A stretch of 64,000 nucleotides of DNA, from assembly GCA_016193045.1 (NCBI GenBank), contig JACPSW010000001.1, positions 1,579 through 65,578 of the forward strand, given 5' to 3'. Shown here one piece after another: positions 44,891 through 55,081 of this stretch. The notes beneath the pieces are model-generated. The model was not told the origin of the DNA, ran no database searches, and saw only the letters and a program-made list of their open reading frames with translations. How positions within the stretch are numbered: the first letter of the stretch is position 1; each line of letters starts with the position of its first letter. Origin of the DNA: Candidatus Rokuibacteriota bacterium. GTDB taxonomy: Bacteria; Methylomirabilota; Methylomirabilia; Rokubacteriales; CSP1-6. The translations under genes were made by a program, and so were the position numbers.

Positions 44891-45328
44891 ATGGCTCAAG
44901 CGCAGCCAAAGGGAGCGACGATCGCCCGGAAGTGGTACCTGGTGGACGCCGATGGCAAGGTGCTCGGGCGCCTGGCGACCCGGGTTGCCACGATCCTCCG
45001 GGGCAAGCACAAGCCGAGCTTCGCCCCCCATCTGGACGTGGGGGATCACGTGGTCGTGGTGAACGCCGAGAAGGTGCACTTGACCGGGCGCAAGCTCACG
45101 GCCAAGACCTACCGCTGGCACACGGGGTACATCGGCGGTCTCCGGGAGGTCAGCGCGCAGAGGATGCTCCAGACTCATCCCGAACGGGTGATCGAGTGGG
45201 CGGTCCAGGGCATGCTTCCCAAGGGCCGGCTCGGCCGGGCGATGGTCAAGAAGCTGAAGGTATACCGCGGGTCGGAGCACCCCCACGCCTCCCAGAAACC
45301 CGAGCCGCTGAAGGAGCGACATGGCTGA
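44891..45328 (+). CDS. rplM: 50S ribosomal protein L13
   Basis: ATG 44891. [49 protein letters not shown] is canonical L13. Confidence 0.95.
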   Translation: MAQAQPKGATIARKWYLVDADGKVLGRLATRVATILRGKHKPSFAPHLDVGDHVVVVNAEKVHLTGRKLTAKTYRWHTGYIGGLREVSAQRMLQTHPERVIEWAVQGMLPKGRLGRAMVKKLKVYRGSEHPHASQKPEPLKERHG

Positions 45329-45716
45329 AGCGACGAGATTCTACGGTACCGGCCGGCGGAAGACGTCCGTGGCCCGGGTCTGGCTCTGGCCGGGCGCCGG
45401 GGCCATCACGGTGAACCGCCGCGCGTTCGAAAACTACTTTCCCCGTGAAACCCTCCGCATGATCATCTGCCAGCCGCTGCAGATCGCCGACGTGCTGGGC
45501 CAGGTGGATGTCCTGGTGAACGTGGGCGGCGGCGGCCCCGCGGGGCAAGCCGGCGCCGTCCGGCACGGGATCGCGCGGGCACTCCTGGCCTTCGACGACA
45601 AGCTCCGGCTGCCGCTGAAGAAGGCCGGCCTCCTCACCCGCGATCCCCGGATGCGGGAGAGGAAGAAGTACGGCCAGCCTGGGGCCCGACAGAAATTCCA
45701 GTATTCGAAGCGCTAG
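45321..45716 (+). CDS. rpsI: 30S ribosomal protein S9
   Basis: [15 protein letters not shown]...[19 protein letters not shown]...[26 protein letters not shown] is canonical S9. 8-nt overlap with rplM. Confidence 0.95.
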   Translation: MAEATRFYGTGRRKTSVARVWLWPGAGAITVNRRAFENYFPRETLRMIICQPLQIADVLGQVDVLVNVGGGGPAGQAGAVRHGIARALLAFDDKLRLPLKKAGLLTRDPRMRERKKYGQPGARQKFQYSKR

Positions 45717-45735
45717 CCCCGCGTCTGGACGGCGG

Positions 45736-46788
45736 ATGAAGGTCAAGGTCGCCGTGGCGGGCGCCAGCGGGTACATGGGCGCCGAGCTCCTGCGCCTGCT
45801 CCTGGTCCATCCGCAGGTCGAGCTCGTCGCGGTCACCTCCGAGCGCCTGTCCGGCGAGCCCCTCGACAGTCTCTACCCCCATCTCCGGGGACTGACGTCG
45901 CTCACCTTTGACGCGCTCGACCCGGAGAGGCTGGCCCGGGACGCCGGGTGCGTGTTCCTCGCGCTGCCCCACATGGAGTCCCAGAAGGCGGTCCCCGTGC
46001 TCCGGCGTCTTGGCCGCAAGGTCATCGACCTGTCCGCCGACTACCGGCTCAAGGATGCGGGGGCCTACGCCACGTGGTACAAGACGCCGCACACCGACGC
46101 CGACGGCCTGGCCGCCGCGGTGTACGGCCTGCCGGAGCTCCATCGGAAGGCGATCGTGTCGGCGTCCGTCGTGGCCAATCCAGGGTGCTATCCGGTCGGG
46201 GCGATCCTGGCCATCGCGCCCCTGATCAGGGCGGGTCTTGCCGGGGGAGAAGGCATCGTCATCGACGGCAAGTCGGGGGTCACCGGGGCGGGCGCCCAGG
46301 GGCGGAAGGTGGACCCCATGTACCTGTACACGGAGGCCAACGAAAACCTGCAGGCCTACGGGGTGGCCGTTCACCGCCACACGCCGGAGATCGAGCAGGA
46401 ACTCTCCGGGCTGGCCGGCCGGTCCCTGACGGTCGCTTTCACGCCGCATCTGATCCCGCTCAACCGCGGGCTCTTCACCACCGCCTCGGTGCCCCTGGCC
46501 AAGGCTGCGGCCACGGCGGATCTCCTCGCGTGCTACCGGGAGGTGTACGCCGGGGAGCCCTTCATCCGGGTGCTGCCGGAGGGGAGGCTGCCGACCACCC
46601 GCGCCGTCGCGGGCTCCAACTTTTGCGACGTCGCGGTCGTGGCCGATCCTCGAACGCAGCGCGCGGTGTGCCTGTCGGCCATCGACAACCTCGGCAAGGG
46701 GGGCGCGGCCAACGGGGTGCAGAACCTCAACCTGGTGTTCGGGTGGGACGAGCGGGCGGGGCTGGACGCGCCTCCGGTGTACCCCTGA
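45736..46788 (+). CDS. argC: N-acetyl-gamma-glutamyl-phosphate reductase
   Basis: MKVKVAVAGASGYMGAELLRLL...VANPGCYP (active-site Cys)...NLGKGGAANGVQNLN. Confidence 0.95.
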   Translation: MKVKVAVAGASGYMGAELLRLLLVHPQVELVAVTSERLSGEPLDSLYPHLRGLTSLTFDALDPERLARDAGCVFLALPHMESQKAVPVLRRLGRKVIDLSADYRLKDAGAYATWYKTPHTDADGLAAAVYGLPELHRKAIVSASVVANPGCYPVGAILAIAPLIRAGLAGGEGIVIDGKSGVTGAGAQGRKVDPMYLYTEANENLQAYGVAVHRHTPEIEQELSGLAGRSLTVAFTPHLIPLNRGLFTTASVPLAKAAATADLLACYREVYAGEPFIRVLPEGRLPTTRAVAGSNFCDVAVVADPRTQRAVCLSAIDNLGKGGAANGVQNLNLVFGWDERAGLDAPPVYP

Positions 46789-48002
46789 TGCCGGCGCTGG
46801 AGTGGCTCGAGGGCGGCATCACAGCGGTTCCCGGGATTCTCGCGTCGGGTATCCACTGCGGGATCAAGGCCAGCGGGAAGAAGGACCTGGCCCTCATCTA
46901 TTCCTCGAGCCCGGCCCGGGCCGCGGCGGTTTTCACGAAGAATCAGGTGAAGGGTGCGCCCGTCCAGGTCTCCATGGAGCACGTGAAGGAGGGAACGATC
47001 CAGGCCATCGTCGCCTCCAGCGGCTGCTCCAACGTCTGCACGGGGGAGCAAGGCCTGCGCGACGCCCGTGAGATGACCGCCAGCGTCGGCGAACTGCTGA
47101 AGATCCCCGCGCGCCATATCCTGGTGGCCTCCACCGGGGTCATCGGCCGGCCGCTCCCGATGGACAAGATCCGGGCCGGCCTGCCGAAGCTGGTCAAGTC
47201 GCTGTCGCCGCAGGGAGGGGGGAGCGCGGCGGAAGGGATCCTGACCACCGACACGGGGCCGAAGGAGGCGGCGCTGCGCGTGGACGTGGGGGGCCGCCCC
47301 GTGACGGTCGGGGGGATTGCCAAGGGCGTCGGGATGATCGAGCCCCACCTGGCGACGATGTTCTGCTTCATGGCCACCGACGCCGTCGTGGCCCGTGACG
47401 CGCTCGACGCGGCCCTCCGCCGCGCGGTGGCGGGCAGCTTCAACCGGATCACGGTGGATGGCGACATGTCCACGAGCGACACCGTGGCGATTCTCGCCAA
47501 CGGGTTGGCCGAGAATCAGGTGCTCGAGAAAGGCGGCCGGGGGCTTCGGCAGTTCGCGCGCGGGCTGGAGGCGCTCACCGAGCGGCTGGCGAGGATGCTG
47601 GTGAAGGATGGCGAGGGAGCCACCAAGCTCGTGACGATTCAGGTGCGGGGCGCGCGAAGCCGCCGCGACGCCCGCCTGGCGGCGCGCTCCGTCGCCAATT
47701 CGCTCCTGGTGAAGACGGCGATCAACGGGCAGGATCCCAACTGGGGGCGGATCATGATGGCGCTCGGGAAATCGGCGGCCGCCGTGCGGGCCGACCGGGT
47801 CGGTGTCTCGTTCGACGACGAGCCCCTCGTGGCGCGCGGCCAGCTCTGCCAGGGCGCCCGGCTGGACCGGGTGCGCGAGATCATGGCGCACCCGGAGTTC
47901 GCCATCCGGATCGACCTGGGGCTCGGTCACGGGGAAGACCAGGTCTTGACCTGCGATCTGTCCGAGGAGTACGTGCGCATCAACGCGAAGTACACGACCT
48001 AA
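46788..48002 (+). CDS. argJ: Bifunctional ornithine acetyltransferase / N-acetylglutamate synthase ArgJ
   Basis: ATG 46788 overlaps the argC stop (TGATG). GITAVPGILASGIHCGIK, and GMIEPHLATMFCFMATDA (autoproteolytic ATM/T site). Confidence 0.93.
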   Translation: MPALEWLEGGITAVPGILASGIHCGIKASGKKDLALIYSSSPARAAAVFTKNQVKGAPVQVSMEHVKEGTIQAIVASSGCSNVCTGEQGLRDAREMTASVGELLKIPARHILVASTGVIGRPLPMDKIRAGLPKLVKSLSPQGGGSAAEGILTTDTGPKEAALRVDVGGRPVTVGGIAKGVGMIEPHLATMFCFMATDAVVARDALDAALRRAVAGSFNRITVDGDMSTSDTVAILANGLAENQVLEKGGRGLRQFARGLEALTERLARMLVKDGEGATKLVTIQVRGARSRRDARLAARSVANSLLVKTAINGQDPNWGRIMMALGKSAAAVRADRVGVSFDDEPLVARGQLCQGARLDRVREIMAHPEFAIRIDLGLGHGEDQVLTCDLSEEYVRINAKYTT

Positions 48003-48155
48003 ACCACTGGAGTGGGCACTCCTTTCGGGCCTTCCCCCGTTCCGCCGGGGGAGGAATCGGAGGGGGTGGGGACCCCCTCCGAATTCTGCACGCCCCCGGA
48101 ATTTCGGTGCCCCGGCGAGGGGTAGGGGGGCGGAGGCGAACCGAAGGAGGACGCT

Positions 48156-48923
48156 GTGACAGTGACGATGAAGGAGCTCCTGGAGGCCGGGGTTCACTTC
48201 GGCCACCAGACCAAGCGGTGGAACCCCAAGATGCAGAAATACATCTTCGGCGAGCGCAACGGCATCTACATCATCGATCTTCAGAAGACCCTGAAGAAGT
48301 TCCGCGAGGCCTATGCCTTCACCCGGGAGTTGGCCGCCGGCGGGGGCACCGTCCTGTTCGTGGGCACCAAGAAGCAGGCCCAGGAGACGGTTTTCGACGA
48401 GGCCTCCCGCTGCGGCATGTTTTACGTGAACCAGCGATGGCTGGGCGGGACCCTGACCAATTTCGCCACCATCAACCGGTCCATCTCGCGGCTCAAGCGG
48501 CTCGACGAGATGCAGGAGACCGGCGAGTACGAGCGCCTGCCCAAGAAGGAGGTGCTCGGGCTCGAGCGCGAGCGGCAGAAGCTGGAGAAGGCCCTGGTGG
48601 GCATCAAGGGCATGGACAGGCTGCCGTCGGCGGTGTTCATCATCGATCCCAAAAAGGAGCGCATCGCGGTGGCCGAAGCCCAACGCCTGGCGATCCCCAT
48701 CGTGGCCATCGTGGACACCAACTGCGATCCCACCGGCATCGACTACCCGATCCCCGGGAATGATGACGCGATCCGGGCGGTCCGGCTCATCACCTCCCGG
48801 CTGGCGGACGCCATCCTCGAAGGCCGGGGCCCGCTCGCCAAGGAAGAGCCCGAAGAGGCCGCCGCCGAGGCGCTGACGGAGGCCGAAGCGAGCGTTGACG
48901 CGGCGGCCGAAGCGACATCCTAA
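48156..48923 (+). CDS. rpsB: 30S ribosomal protein S2
   Basis: [40 protein letters not shown] is canonical S2. GTG 48156 follows GAAGGAGG. The acidic C-terminal tail is typical. Confidence 0.93.
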   Translation: MTVTMKELLEAGVHFGHQTKRWNPKMQKYIFGERNGIYIIDLQKTLKKFREAYAFTRELAAGGGTVLFVGTKKQAQETVFDEASRCGMFYVNQRWLGGTLTNFATINRSISRLKRLDEMQETGEYERLPKKEVLGLERERQKLEKALVGIKGMDRLPSAVFIIDPKKERIAVAEAQRLAIPIVAIVDTNCDPTGIDYPIPGNDDAIRAVRLITSRLADAILEGRGPLAKEEPEEAAAEALTEAEASVDAAAEATS

Positions 48924-48938
48924 GGGGGACTGGAACCG

Positions 48939-50292
<1,354 letters not shown>

Positions 50293-50298
50293 CAGGCT

Positions 50299-50853
50299 AT
50301 GCAGGCGGTGATCAAGGAGGTTGAGGCGAGAATGCAGGGAGCCCTGGACGCGCTGGGCCGGGAGTTGGCGGGCGTCCGGACTGGGCGTGCCAGCACCGGC
50401 CTGCTGGAAGGGATCCGGGTGGACTACTACGGCACGCCGACGCCGGTCCCCCAGGTGGCTTCGCTGTCGGTGCCGGACCCGAAGACGCTCCTCATCCAGC
50501 CGTGGGACGCGAGCCTCCTCCCCGCCATCGAGAAGGCGATCATGAAATCCGATCTGGGGCTCACCCCGGCCAACGACGGCAAGGTGATCCGCCTCGTCAT
50601 GCCCCCGCTGAACGAGGAGCGTCGGAAGCAGTTGGCCAAGGCCGTGGGCAAGCTGGCCGAGGATGCGCGTGTCGCGATCCGCAACATCCGTCACGACGCC
50701 AACAAGAAGCTCAAGACGATGGAAAAGGAGAAGAAGATCTCCGAGGATGACGGGCGCCGGGGGCAGGAGCAGATCCAGAAGATCACCGACAAGTTCATCC
50801 AGCGGGTGGACGACCTCCTCAAGAAGAAGGAGCAGGAGATTCTGACCTTCTGA
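50299..50853 (+). CDS. frr: Ribosome recycling factor
   Basis: 184 aa. RTGRASTGLLEGIRVDYYGTPTPV...PLNEERRKQLAK..IRNIRHDANKKLK. Confidence 0.95.
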   Translation: MQAVIKEVEARMQGALDALGRELAGVRTGRASTGLLEGIRVDYYGTPTPVPQVASLSVPDPKTLLIQPWDASLLPAIEKAIMKSDLGLTPANDGKVIRLVMPPLNEERRKQLAKAVGKLAEDARVAIRNIRHDANKKLKTMEKEKKISEDDGRRGQEQIQKITDKFIQRVDDLLKKKEQEILTF

Positions 50854-50867
50854 TACGATACGGAAAG

Positions 50868-51650
50868 ATGGCTGTGCGACGACTGCCAAACGTGCCGGTG
50901 GCCGACCTTGAGTCCCTCGAGGACTCGGAACTCTTGGCCCGCATCAAAGCGCTCCCCCTGCCGCAGCACGTGGCCATCATCATGGACGGCAACGGCCGGT
51001 GGGCGACCCAGCGCGGGCTGAACCGGGTCGCGGGGCACCGCGAGGGCGTGAAGGCGGCGCGCGCGGTGGTTCGGGCCGCCCACGGGGCGGGGATTCGCTT
51101 CCTCACTCTGTACGCGTTCTCGTCGGAGAACTGGAGGCGGCCGTCGATCGAGGTGACCACCCTCATGACCCTGCTCGAGCGCTCCATCGACCAGGAGCTG
51201 CCCGAGCTCCAGGCCAACAACGTCCGTCTCCGGGTGATCGGGAGACCCAACGGGGTTCCGTCGTCGGTCAGGCGGGGGATCGAGCGCGCGGTGGCCGCGA
51301 CGGCCGGGAATACGGGGTTGACCCTGTTCATGGCGTTCAATTACGGCGGGCGCGACGAACTCGTGGACGCGGCGCGGGTGCTGGCGCGCCAGGTGCAGGC
51401 AGGAGAGCTTCGCCCGGAGGATATCGACGAGGCGCAGGTCGAGCAGGCCCTTTACACGCGGGGCGTCCCCGACCCCGACCTCCTGATCCGAACCAGCGGC
51501 GAGATGCGGATCTCCAACTTCCTCCTCTGGCAGATCGCCTACACCGAGCTGGTGGTCACCCCGACGCTCTGGCCCGATTTTGGCGCACGGGATCTCTATC
51601 TGGCGGTGGCCGAGTATCAACGCCGGGACCGCCGCTTCGGTCGCGTCTGA
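50868..51650 (+). CDS. uppS: Di-trans,poly-cis-undecaprenyl-diphosphate synthase
   Basis: HVAIIMDGNGRWA...GH..G...TLYAFSSENWRRP...RTSGEMRISNFLLWQIAYTEL. Confidence 0.93.
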   Translation: MAVRRLPNVPVADLESLEDSELLARIKALPLPQHVAIIMDGNGRWATQRGLNRVAGHREGVKAARAVVRAAHGAGIRFLTLYAFSSENWRRPSIEVTTLMTLLERSIDQELPELQANNVRLRVIGRPNGVPSSVRRGIERAVAATAGNTGLTLFMAFNYGGRDELVDAARVLARQVQAGELRPEDIDEAQVEQALYTRGVPDPDLLIRTSGEMRISNFLLWQIAYTELVVTPTLWPDFGARDLYLAVAEYQRRDRRFGRV

Positions 51651-52507
51651 TGGAACGGGCCCAGGAAGCGCCGGTCCCCGGATCGGTGGACGCCGCGCCC
51701 CCCGCGCGCGGGGCCGCGCTGGTCAAGCGCATCCTGAGCACGGTCGTCCTTTTGCCGGTTTTCGTGGGGATCGTGATGGGCCCGGTGTGGCTGTTCGGGG
51801 CCACGGTGGTGCTGGTCTCGGCCGTGGCCCAGTGGGAGTTCACGGGAATGTTCGAACGCGCCGGGGTCCGCACCTTCCGCTGGCTCGGGCTCGTCGGGGG
51901 CACGGCCGTCACCGCCAGCTTTGCCCTGCCCATCTCCGAGCGGGTGGCCTTCACGGGCGTGCTGCTGGCGGTGCTGCTATCGGCGCTCTGGCGCCCGCGC
52001 GGCGCGCGCCTCGCGTGGGAGCCCGTCGCCGTCACGCTGTTCGGGATCTGCTACGTGAACTGGCTCCTGGGGTACGGGTTCTGGCTGCGAGACCTGTCCG
52101 GCGGAAGCGATTGGGTCCTGCTTCTCGTGTGGGTGACGTGGCTCGGCGAGACGGCCGCCTATGTCGTGGGCTCCACACTGGGCCGCACGAAGCTCGCGCC
52201 GGTCATCAGCCCGCGCAAGACGGTGGAAGGGGCTGCGGCGCAGCTCGTGGTTTCCCTGCTGGCCGCGGTGGTCGCGCAGGTGTGGTTCTTCACCGAGATC
52301 GGCCTGGGCCGTGCGGCAGGCGCCGGCCTCCTGCTGGGGGCGGTCGGGCAGTTCGGCGACCTGGTGGAGTCCGCCCTCAAACGGAGCGTCGGGACCAAAG
52401 ATACGGGAGCGCTGATCCCCGGGCACGGCGGGATCCTGGATCGCCTGGACAGCCTGCTGTTCAACACGCCGGCGCTCTTTTACTACACGCGCTTCATGGC
52501 GGCCTGA
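51650..52507 (+). CDS. cdsA: Phosphatidate cytidylyltransferase
   Basis: ATG 51650 overlaps the uppS stop (TGATG). Multi-TM protein. C-terminal signature SALKRSVGTKDTGALIPGHGGILDRLDSLLF. Confidence 0.88.
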   Translation: MERAQEAPVPGSVDAAPPARGAALVKRILSTVVLLPVFVGIVMGPVWLFGATVVLVSAVAQWEFTGMFERAGVRTFRWLGLVGGTAVTASFALPISERVAFTGVLLAVLLSALWRPRGARLAWEPVAVTLFGICYVNWLLGYGFWLRDLSGGSDWVLLLVWVTWLGETAAYVVGSTLGRTKLAPVISPRKTVEGAAAQLVVSLLAAVVAQVWFFTEIGLGRAAGAGLLLGAVGQFGDLVESALKRSVGTKDTGALIPGHGGILDRLDSLLFNTPALFYYTRFMAA

Positions 52508-52513
52508 CGCCCC

Positions 52514-53695
52514 GTGAAACAGATCACGCTGCTCGGGGCGACCGGCTCCGTGGGCCGGAGAGCCCTGGAGCTGGTTTCGGCCTTTCCCGACGCCCTCGCC
52601 GTCGCGGGGCTGGCGGCGCGCGGCTCCAACGTGCCGCTGCTCGCCGAGCTCTGCCTCCGCTACAAGCCGAAGGTCGTGGCCCTGCTGGAGGCGGACGCGG
52701 TGGACGCTCTCGCTCGGGCCCTGCCGCATCCGCGTCCGGAGTTGCTGGCCGGGCCGAAAGGCCTCGTGACTCTGGCGGCGAACACCGAGGCCGACGTCGT
52801 GCTCTCCGCCCTCGTGGGGAGCGCGGGGCTGCTGCCGACGATGGCGGCGATCGAGGCGGGAAGGACCATCGCGCTGGCGAACAAGGAAACGCTCGTGATG
52901 GCCGGCAACCTCATGACCGCGGCCGCGCGAACCCGCGGGGTTTCGCTCCTGCCGGTGGACTCTGAGCACAGTGCCATCTTCCAGTGCCTTCAGGGGCACA
53001 ACCGCTCGGAGGTGCGGCGGATCATGCTCACGGCCTCGGGTGGCCCCTTCCGCCAGCTGTCACGAGAAGGGCTCGCCCACGTGACCGTCGCAGACGCCCT
53101 GAACCACCCCACCTGGAAGATGGGCGCGAAGATCACCGTGGATTCGGCCACCCTGATGAACAAAGGGCTTGAGATCATCGAGGCGCGCTGGCTCTTCGAC
53201 CTCCGGCCCGAGCAGATCGAGGTTGTCGTGCACCCGCAGTCCATCGTCCACTCCATGGTAGAGTACATCGACGGCTCCGTGATCGCCCAGCTCGGCGTGG
53301 CCGACATGGGCATCCCGATCCTCTACGCGCTGACGTACCCGGAGCGCCGGCCCTGCCCGGCGCCGGCGCTGGACCTGACGGCGGTGGGGCAGCTCACCTT
53401 CCACGAGCCCGACACGGAGAAGTTCCCGTGCCTGCGGCTGGCCCGCCAGGCGCTGGTCCGCGGCGGGTCCGCGCCGGTCGTGCTGAACGCGGCCAACGAG
53501 GTGGCCGTCGCGGCGTTTCTGGAGGGACGCCTCCGGTTCACGCAGATCGCCCAGGTGATTGCCGAGGCCCTCGATCGGGTGCCGGCGCCGGGGCTCGCGA
53601 GCGTCGAGGACTGCGTGGCCGTGGACCGCGAGGCGCGGCGGGTGGCGGACGAGATCCTCCGCCTGCAGGCGGTCGCGGCGGCCGGCGTGCGCTGA
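52514..53695 (+). CDS. dxr: 1-deoxy-D-xylulose 5-phosphate reductoisomerase
   Basis: ITLLGATGSVGRRALE...LANKETLV...VDSEHSAIFQCL...LTASGGPF...HPTWKMG.KITVDSATLMNKGLE. Confidence 0.95.
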   Translation: MKQITLLGATGSVGRRALELVSAFPDALAVAGLAARGSNVPLLAELCLRYKPKVVALLEADAVDALARALPHPRPELLAGPKGLVTLAANTEADVVLSALVGSAGLLPTMAAIEAGRTIALANKETLVMAGNLMTAAARTRGVSLLPVDSEHSAIFQCLQGHNRSEVRRIMLTASGGPFRQLSREGLAHVTVADALNHPTWKMGAKITVDSATLMNKGLEIIEARWLFDLRPEQIEVVVHPQSIVHSMVEYIDGSVIAQLGVADMGIPILYALTYPERRPCPAPALDLTAVGQLTFHEPDTEKFPCLRLARQALVRGGSAPVVLNAANEVAVAAFLEGRLRFTQIAQVIAEALDRVPAPGLASVEDCVAVDREARRVADEILRLQAVAAAGVR

Positions 53696-53711
53696 TCGAG
53701 GAGGCAGAGCG

Positions 53712-55070
53712 TTGCTGACAACCCTTCTGGCGTTCGTCGTCGTGATCGGACCCTTGATCCTCTTCCACGAACTCGGCCACTTCCTGCTGGCGCGCTGGAT
53801 GGGCGTGGGGGTGGAGCGCTTCTCGATCGGCTTCGGGCCGGTCCTCCTGCGATGGCGGGGGAAGGAGACCGAGTACTGCCTGTCCGCGATCCCCATGGGC
53901 GGCTACGTGAAGATGATGGGAGAGGAGAGCCCCCTCGAAGGCGGCGGGACCCCCACGGTGGACTCGGCCAAGTCGTTCTCGCTGAAACCGCTCGCGGCGC
54001 GGTTTCTGATCGTGTTCGCCGGTCCCGGGATGAACTTCGTCCTGGCCGCCGCGATCTTCGCCGTCGTGTTCATGGTTGTGGGGCGCCCTGTGCTGCCCTC
54101 CACCCTTGGGCGGATCAAGGCCGATGGCCCCGCCGCTCAGGCTGGTCTCCGCACCGGCGACCGGGTCACGGCTGTGGACGGCGTCCCCATCAGCCACTGG
54201 GAAGACGTACTGGGCGCGATCCAGGCGTCGGGCGGCGAGATGCGCCAGATCGCGTTCTCCCGCGATGGCCGTGAGCAGCGGGTCGCCCTGACGCCTGCCC
54301 GGACGAAGGTGCAGGACATCTTCGGGGACGAGCGGGAGGTGTGGGACATCGGCGCGGGGCCGTTCACCCCCGCGCGGATCGGCGAGATTCAGCCGGGCTA
54401 TCCGGCCGCCAAGGTCGGGCTCCGCCCAGGCGACGTCGTCGTGGCCGTGGAGGGGAACGCGGTCGTCTCGTGGGACGAAATGGCCGAGGCCATCCGCAAG
54501 CGCGCCGGCAAGCCGATGGAGCTCGCCATCGAGCGCGAGGGACGGTCGCTGACCGTGTCCGTTGTCCCCCAGGCCTTCAAGGAGCGCGACCCGTCCGGCC
54601 AGGAGGTCGAGATCGGCCGCATCGGCATCGGCCCGGCGGCCGTGTCCTATCTCCGATTGAATCCCATTGAGGCTGTCTGGCACGGGTCCGCCCGGACCTG
54701 GGACATGACGGTGCTGACGGCGCGGGGGCTCTGGAAGCTGGTCACACGCCAGCTTCCGGCCTCGACCATCGGCGGGCCGATCCAGATCGCCGTGGTGGCT
54801 GGCGAGCAGGCCAAGCAGGGGCTCATGAGCCTGGCCTTCTTCACCGCGGTCATCAGCGTCAACCTGGCGCTCCTGAACCTGCTCCCGGTGCCGATCCTGG
54901 ACGGTGGGCACCTCTTCTTCTTCGTCATCGAGGGGATCCTGGGCCGCCCGCTCTCGCTTCGGAAGCGGGAAGTGGCCCAGCAGGTCGGGCTCTTTCTGCT
55001 GCTGCTCCTGATGGTGTTCGCCGTCTACAATGATCTGGCGCGCATCGACTTCCTGCGATTCTTCAAATAG
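53712..55070 (+). CDS. rseP: RIP site-2 metalloprotease RseP (M50 family, PDZ domains)
   Basis: TTG 53712. FHELGHFLLARWMGV (HExxH), two PDZ-like segments (GLRTGDRVTAVDG, GLRPGDVVVAVEG), and NLLPVPILDGGH. Confidence 0.9.
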   Translation: MLTTLLAFVVVIGPLILFHELGHFLLARWMGVGVERFSIGFGPVLLRWRGKETEYCLSAIPMGGYVKMMGEESPLEGGGTPTVDSAKSFSLKPLAARFLIVFAGPGMNFVLAAAIFAVVFMVVGRPVLPSTLGRIKADGPAAQAGLRTGDRVTAVDGVPISHWEDVLGAIQASGGEMRQIAFSRDGREQRVALTPARTKVQDIFGDEREVWDIGAGPFTPARIGEIQPGYPAAKVGLRPGDVVVAVEGNAVVSWDEMAEAIRKRAGKPMELAIEREGRSLTVSVVPQAFKERDPSGQEVEIGRIGIGPAAVSYLRLNPIEAVWHGSARTWDMTVLTARGLWKLVTRQLPASTIGGPIQIAVVAGEQAKQGLMSLAFFTAVISVNLALLNLLPVPILDGGHLFFFVIEGILGRPLSLRKREVAQQVGLFLLLLLMVFAVYNDLARIDFLRFFK

Positions 55071-55081
55071 GAGCCAGCCGA

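Noticed and set aside
48059-48080. GGAGGGGG-TGGGGA-CCCCCTCC hairpin after argJ as an intrinsic terminator.
   Set aside because: It is a strong 8-bp GC stem but has no following T-tract (GAATTCTG). It may be a Rho-dependent or structural element, and the evidence is insufficient for a terminator call.
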